From NCBI RefSeq assembly GCF_018350175.1, contig NC_058368.1:124126001-124190000 (forward strand): a stretch of DNA of 64,000 bases. The letters run 5' to 3'. The translations under genes and the position numbers were made by a program. This document shows positions 61,470 through 64,000 of the stretch, in pieces; positions within the stretch are counted from its first letter, which is position 1, and every line of letters begins with the position of its first letter. This DNA comes from Felis catus (taxonomy: Eukaryota). The notes under the pieces were generated by a model. The model did no database searches. It was not told the origin of the DNA and saw only the letters and a list, made by a program, of their open reading frames with translations.

Positions 61470-64000
61470 AAAACATCTGTTAGATCTAATCAAGGAATTC
61501 AGTAAAGTTGTAGGATTCAAAATTAAAATACAAAAATCAGTAGCGGTATTTTTATACTTACAAAGAATTTTCTGAAAAAAATAAATTTATCCCATTTACA
61601 ATAGCATCAAAAAAATAAAATAGAAATAAATTTAACTAGGGAGGTGAAAGATCTCTACTCTGAGAACTACAAGATACTAATGAAAGAAATCAAAGAAGAC
61701 ACAATAAGAAAGGTATTCTGTGTTTATGAATTCAAAGAATATTGTTAAAATGTTATCACCACCAAAAGCCATCTGTAGATTCAACGTAATCGTTATCAAA
61801 ATTCCAATGGCTTTTTTCTTTATACAAAAGTAGAGGAAAACACTCCTAAAATTTATGTGGAAACAGAAAAGACTTTGAATAGTCAAAGAAATCGACTTTT
61901 TTTTTTCAAATAAGTCTCAATTTTAATAAGATCCTCTACATACACATTTGCTACTGAAAACTGAACTACCACAAAAAGTTTTTATTGTAATTCCAATTTT
62001 TGAAAACCAGAAAATCTAGCCTATGCACCCTGCCCTAATTATAATTATGCTCTAGCCAAACCACCCAATATTCTCTATATATTCCTCCTGTGCAAGTTAC
62101 TTGGCTTCCAATTTGATGTTAGGTTTTCTTGTTTTTTTTTTTTTTTCTTTAAATGTTTTTATTTTTGAGAGAGAGTGTGTGAGCAGGGGAAGGGCACACA
62201 CACACACGCACACACACACACAATCCGAAGCAGCTCCCAGCTGCCAGCACAGAGTCCTACTCTAGAAAGCTCTAGTCTGATTCCTAACCCAAATGAGCCA
62301 CCCCGGAGCCCCATGTTAGATTAACCTATCTTAATGACTTCAGGCTTCTCAAACACATAAGCAACACTCAAAACCTATTAGTGCTTCCTTGGGTCATATC
62401 AAAAAGTGAAACTAAAGTATATTTAAGTCATTCAAATGCAAACTACAGGATTCCTCTCAAATTACAGGTATCAAGGTAGAAAAGACAAGACAGAGCTAAT
62501 ATCATAGATTGTCAAAATCAACTAATTATGCTAACTAATAATTGAGTAGGAAGCCAAGAATACCTGACAGAGAAGACCCTCTTCACAATAAATAGTGCTG
62601 GAATAACTGGATATTCACATACAAAAGAATGAAATTATACCCTTATCCTATACCATTCACAAAAATTAACTCAAAAAATTGAAGACTTAAATGTATGACC
62701 TCAAACCATGAAACTCTAAAAAGAAAACACAAGAATGAAGCTGCTTGACATGGATCTTGGAAAAGATTTTTTTGGATACGACACTCAAAGCCCAAGGAAA
62801 AATAAAAAATAGGTAGGCGGAACTACATAAACTAAAAATCTTCTGCACAGAAACCATCAACAGAGTGAAAAGACAACCTAAAGAACAGGAAAAAAATATG
62901 TGGAAACCACAGATCTGATAAGGGGTTAATATTCTTAATATATAAAGAACTCATCCAACTCAACAGCAAAAAACCAAATAACCCAAATAAAAAATTGACA
63001 AAAGACCTGACTAGATTTTTCTCAAAAGATGATAAATGGAAGGGCGGCAGGTACATGAAAAGATGCTCAACATCACTTGTTATGAGAAGAATTTTAATTA
63101 AAACCATACTAAGATATCACCACATGCCTATTAGAAGGGCCATCTTCAAAAAGGTAAGAGATAATAAATGCTGGCCTGCATGTAGAGAAAAGGGAACTCA
63201 TATGCACTGTTGGTGAAACTGAAAATTGCTACAGCCACTATGAAAAACATTATGAAGGATCCTAAAAAAATTAAAAATAAAACTACCACACATGATCCAG
63301 CAATTTCACTTCTGGGAATACATCCAAATGAATAAAAACTGCTAACCTGAAAAGATATCTGCACACCCTGTTCACAGCAGCATTATTTGTAACAGCCAAA
63401 GTATGGAAACAACGTACGGGTCCATCAATGGATGAATGGATAAAGAAAGTGTGGTTTATATACACAATGGAATATTATTCAGCCATGAAAAACAAGGATC
63501 CCACTGACACATCATTTTCTTTCCTTTATTCACAATGCAACTCAAATTTTAAAGTTTTTTTCTGGATGCAATAAAAGGGAAAAATCAGCAATTTTCAAAA
63601 ACTTTTGTAACCACAAATAACATATAATTTGCATACTATCCAAGACATTTACAATCTAAATTAGATGACAAATAACAAACCCAAGCAAAAAGTATGGACA
63701 TGGACATAATAAAAGACTGGTGACTAAAAAATTAATCTTTTCCTTGTTTGCGACAACAGGGATAGACCTTGAAGGCATTATGCTAAGTGACATAAGAGAA
63801 AGAAAAATACTTATTATTTCACTTATTTGTGGAATCTGAAACAAACAACAAGATAAAACTCACCCAAAAAAGAGATCAAATCTGTGGTTACCAAAGGCGG
63901 TGGGAGGAGCGAGGGGAAACTGGAGGAAGGTAGTCAAAAGGTACAAACTTCTAGTTTTAAGATACTAAGTACTAGGGATATAATGTACAACATGACCATA
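61470..64000 (+). mobile_element. L1 ORF2/3'UTR fragment interrupted by two non-L1 inserts (61897-62510 and about 63500-63740)
   Basis: L1 motifs (MKRCSTSLVMR peptide, GATGAATGGATAAAGAAA, TTATGCTAAGTGA). Confidence 0.88.
61897..62510 (-). pseudogene. Probable retrocopied mRNA 3' end of an unidentified gene (contains a SINE at about 62130-62312)
   Basis: Poly(T) 61897-61906, ATTAAA(-) 15 nt upstream of the tail, non-L1 sequence splitting an L1. Confidence 0.6.

Overview
Mammalian genomic DNA, almost certainly a felid (Can-SINE/SINEC_Fc-type and L1_Fc-type repeats). It holds the 3' halves of two convergent (tail-to-tail) paralogous gp130-family cytokine receptor genes. IL31RA is on + (8 coding exons, 1..15916: FN3 domains, TM, Box1, cytoplasmic tail). 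IL6ST/gp130 is on - (12 coding exons, 59000..40768, equal to human exons 6-17, plus a 3'UTR of about 4 kb). All exons have GT-AG borders and join in open frames. Between the genes lie about 18 kb dominated by stacked L1 elements, one carrying a 5S-rRNA/L1 chimeric retrocopy. I see no wholly new gene system. The most interesting signals concern receptor isoforms: a retained IL31RA alternative last exon whose human donor is mutated, read-through ORFs in the paralogous intron of both genes, conserved sgp130-E10 and RAPS potential, and a NAGNAG acceptor next to Box1. There are also several unusual retrotransposition products. Comparisons to human proteins and repeat consensi are from memory and need alignment. 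Repeat boundaries are approximate.
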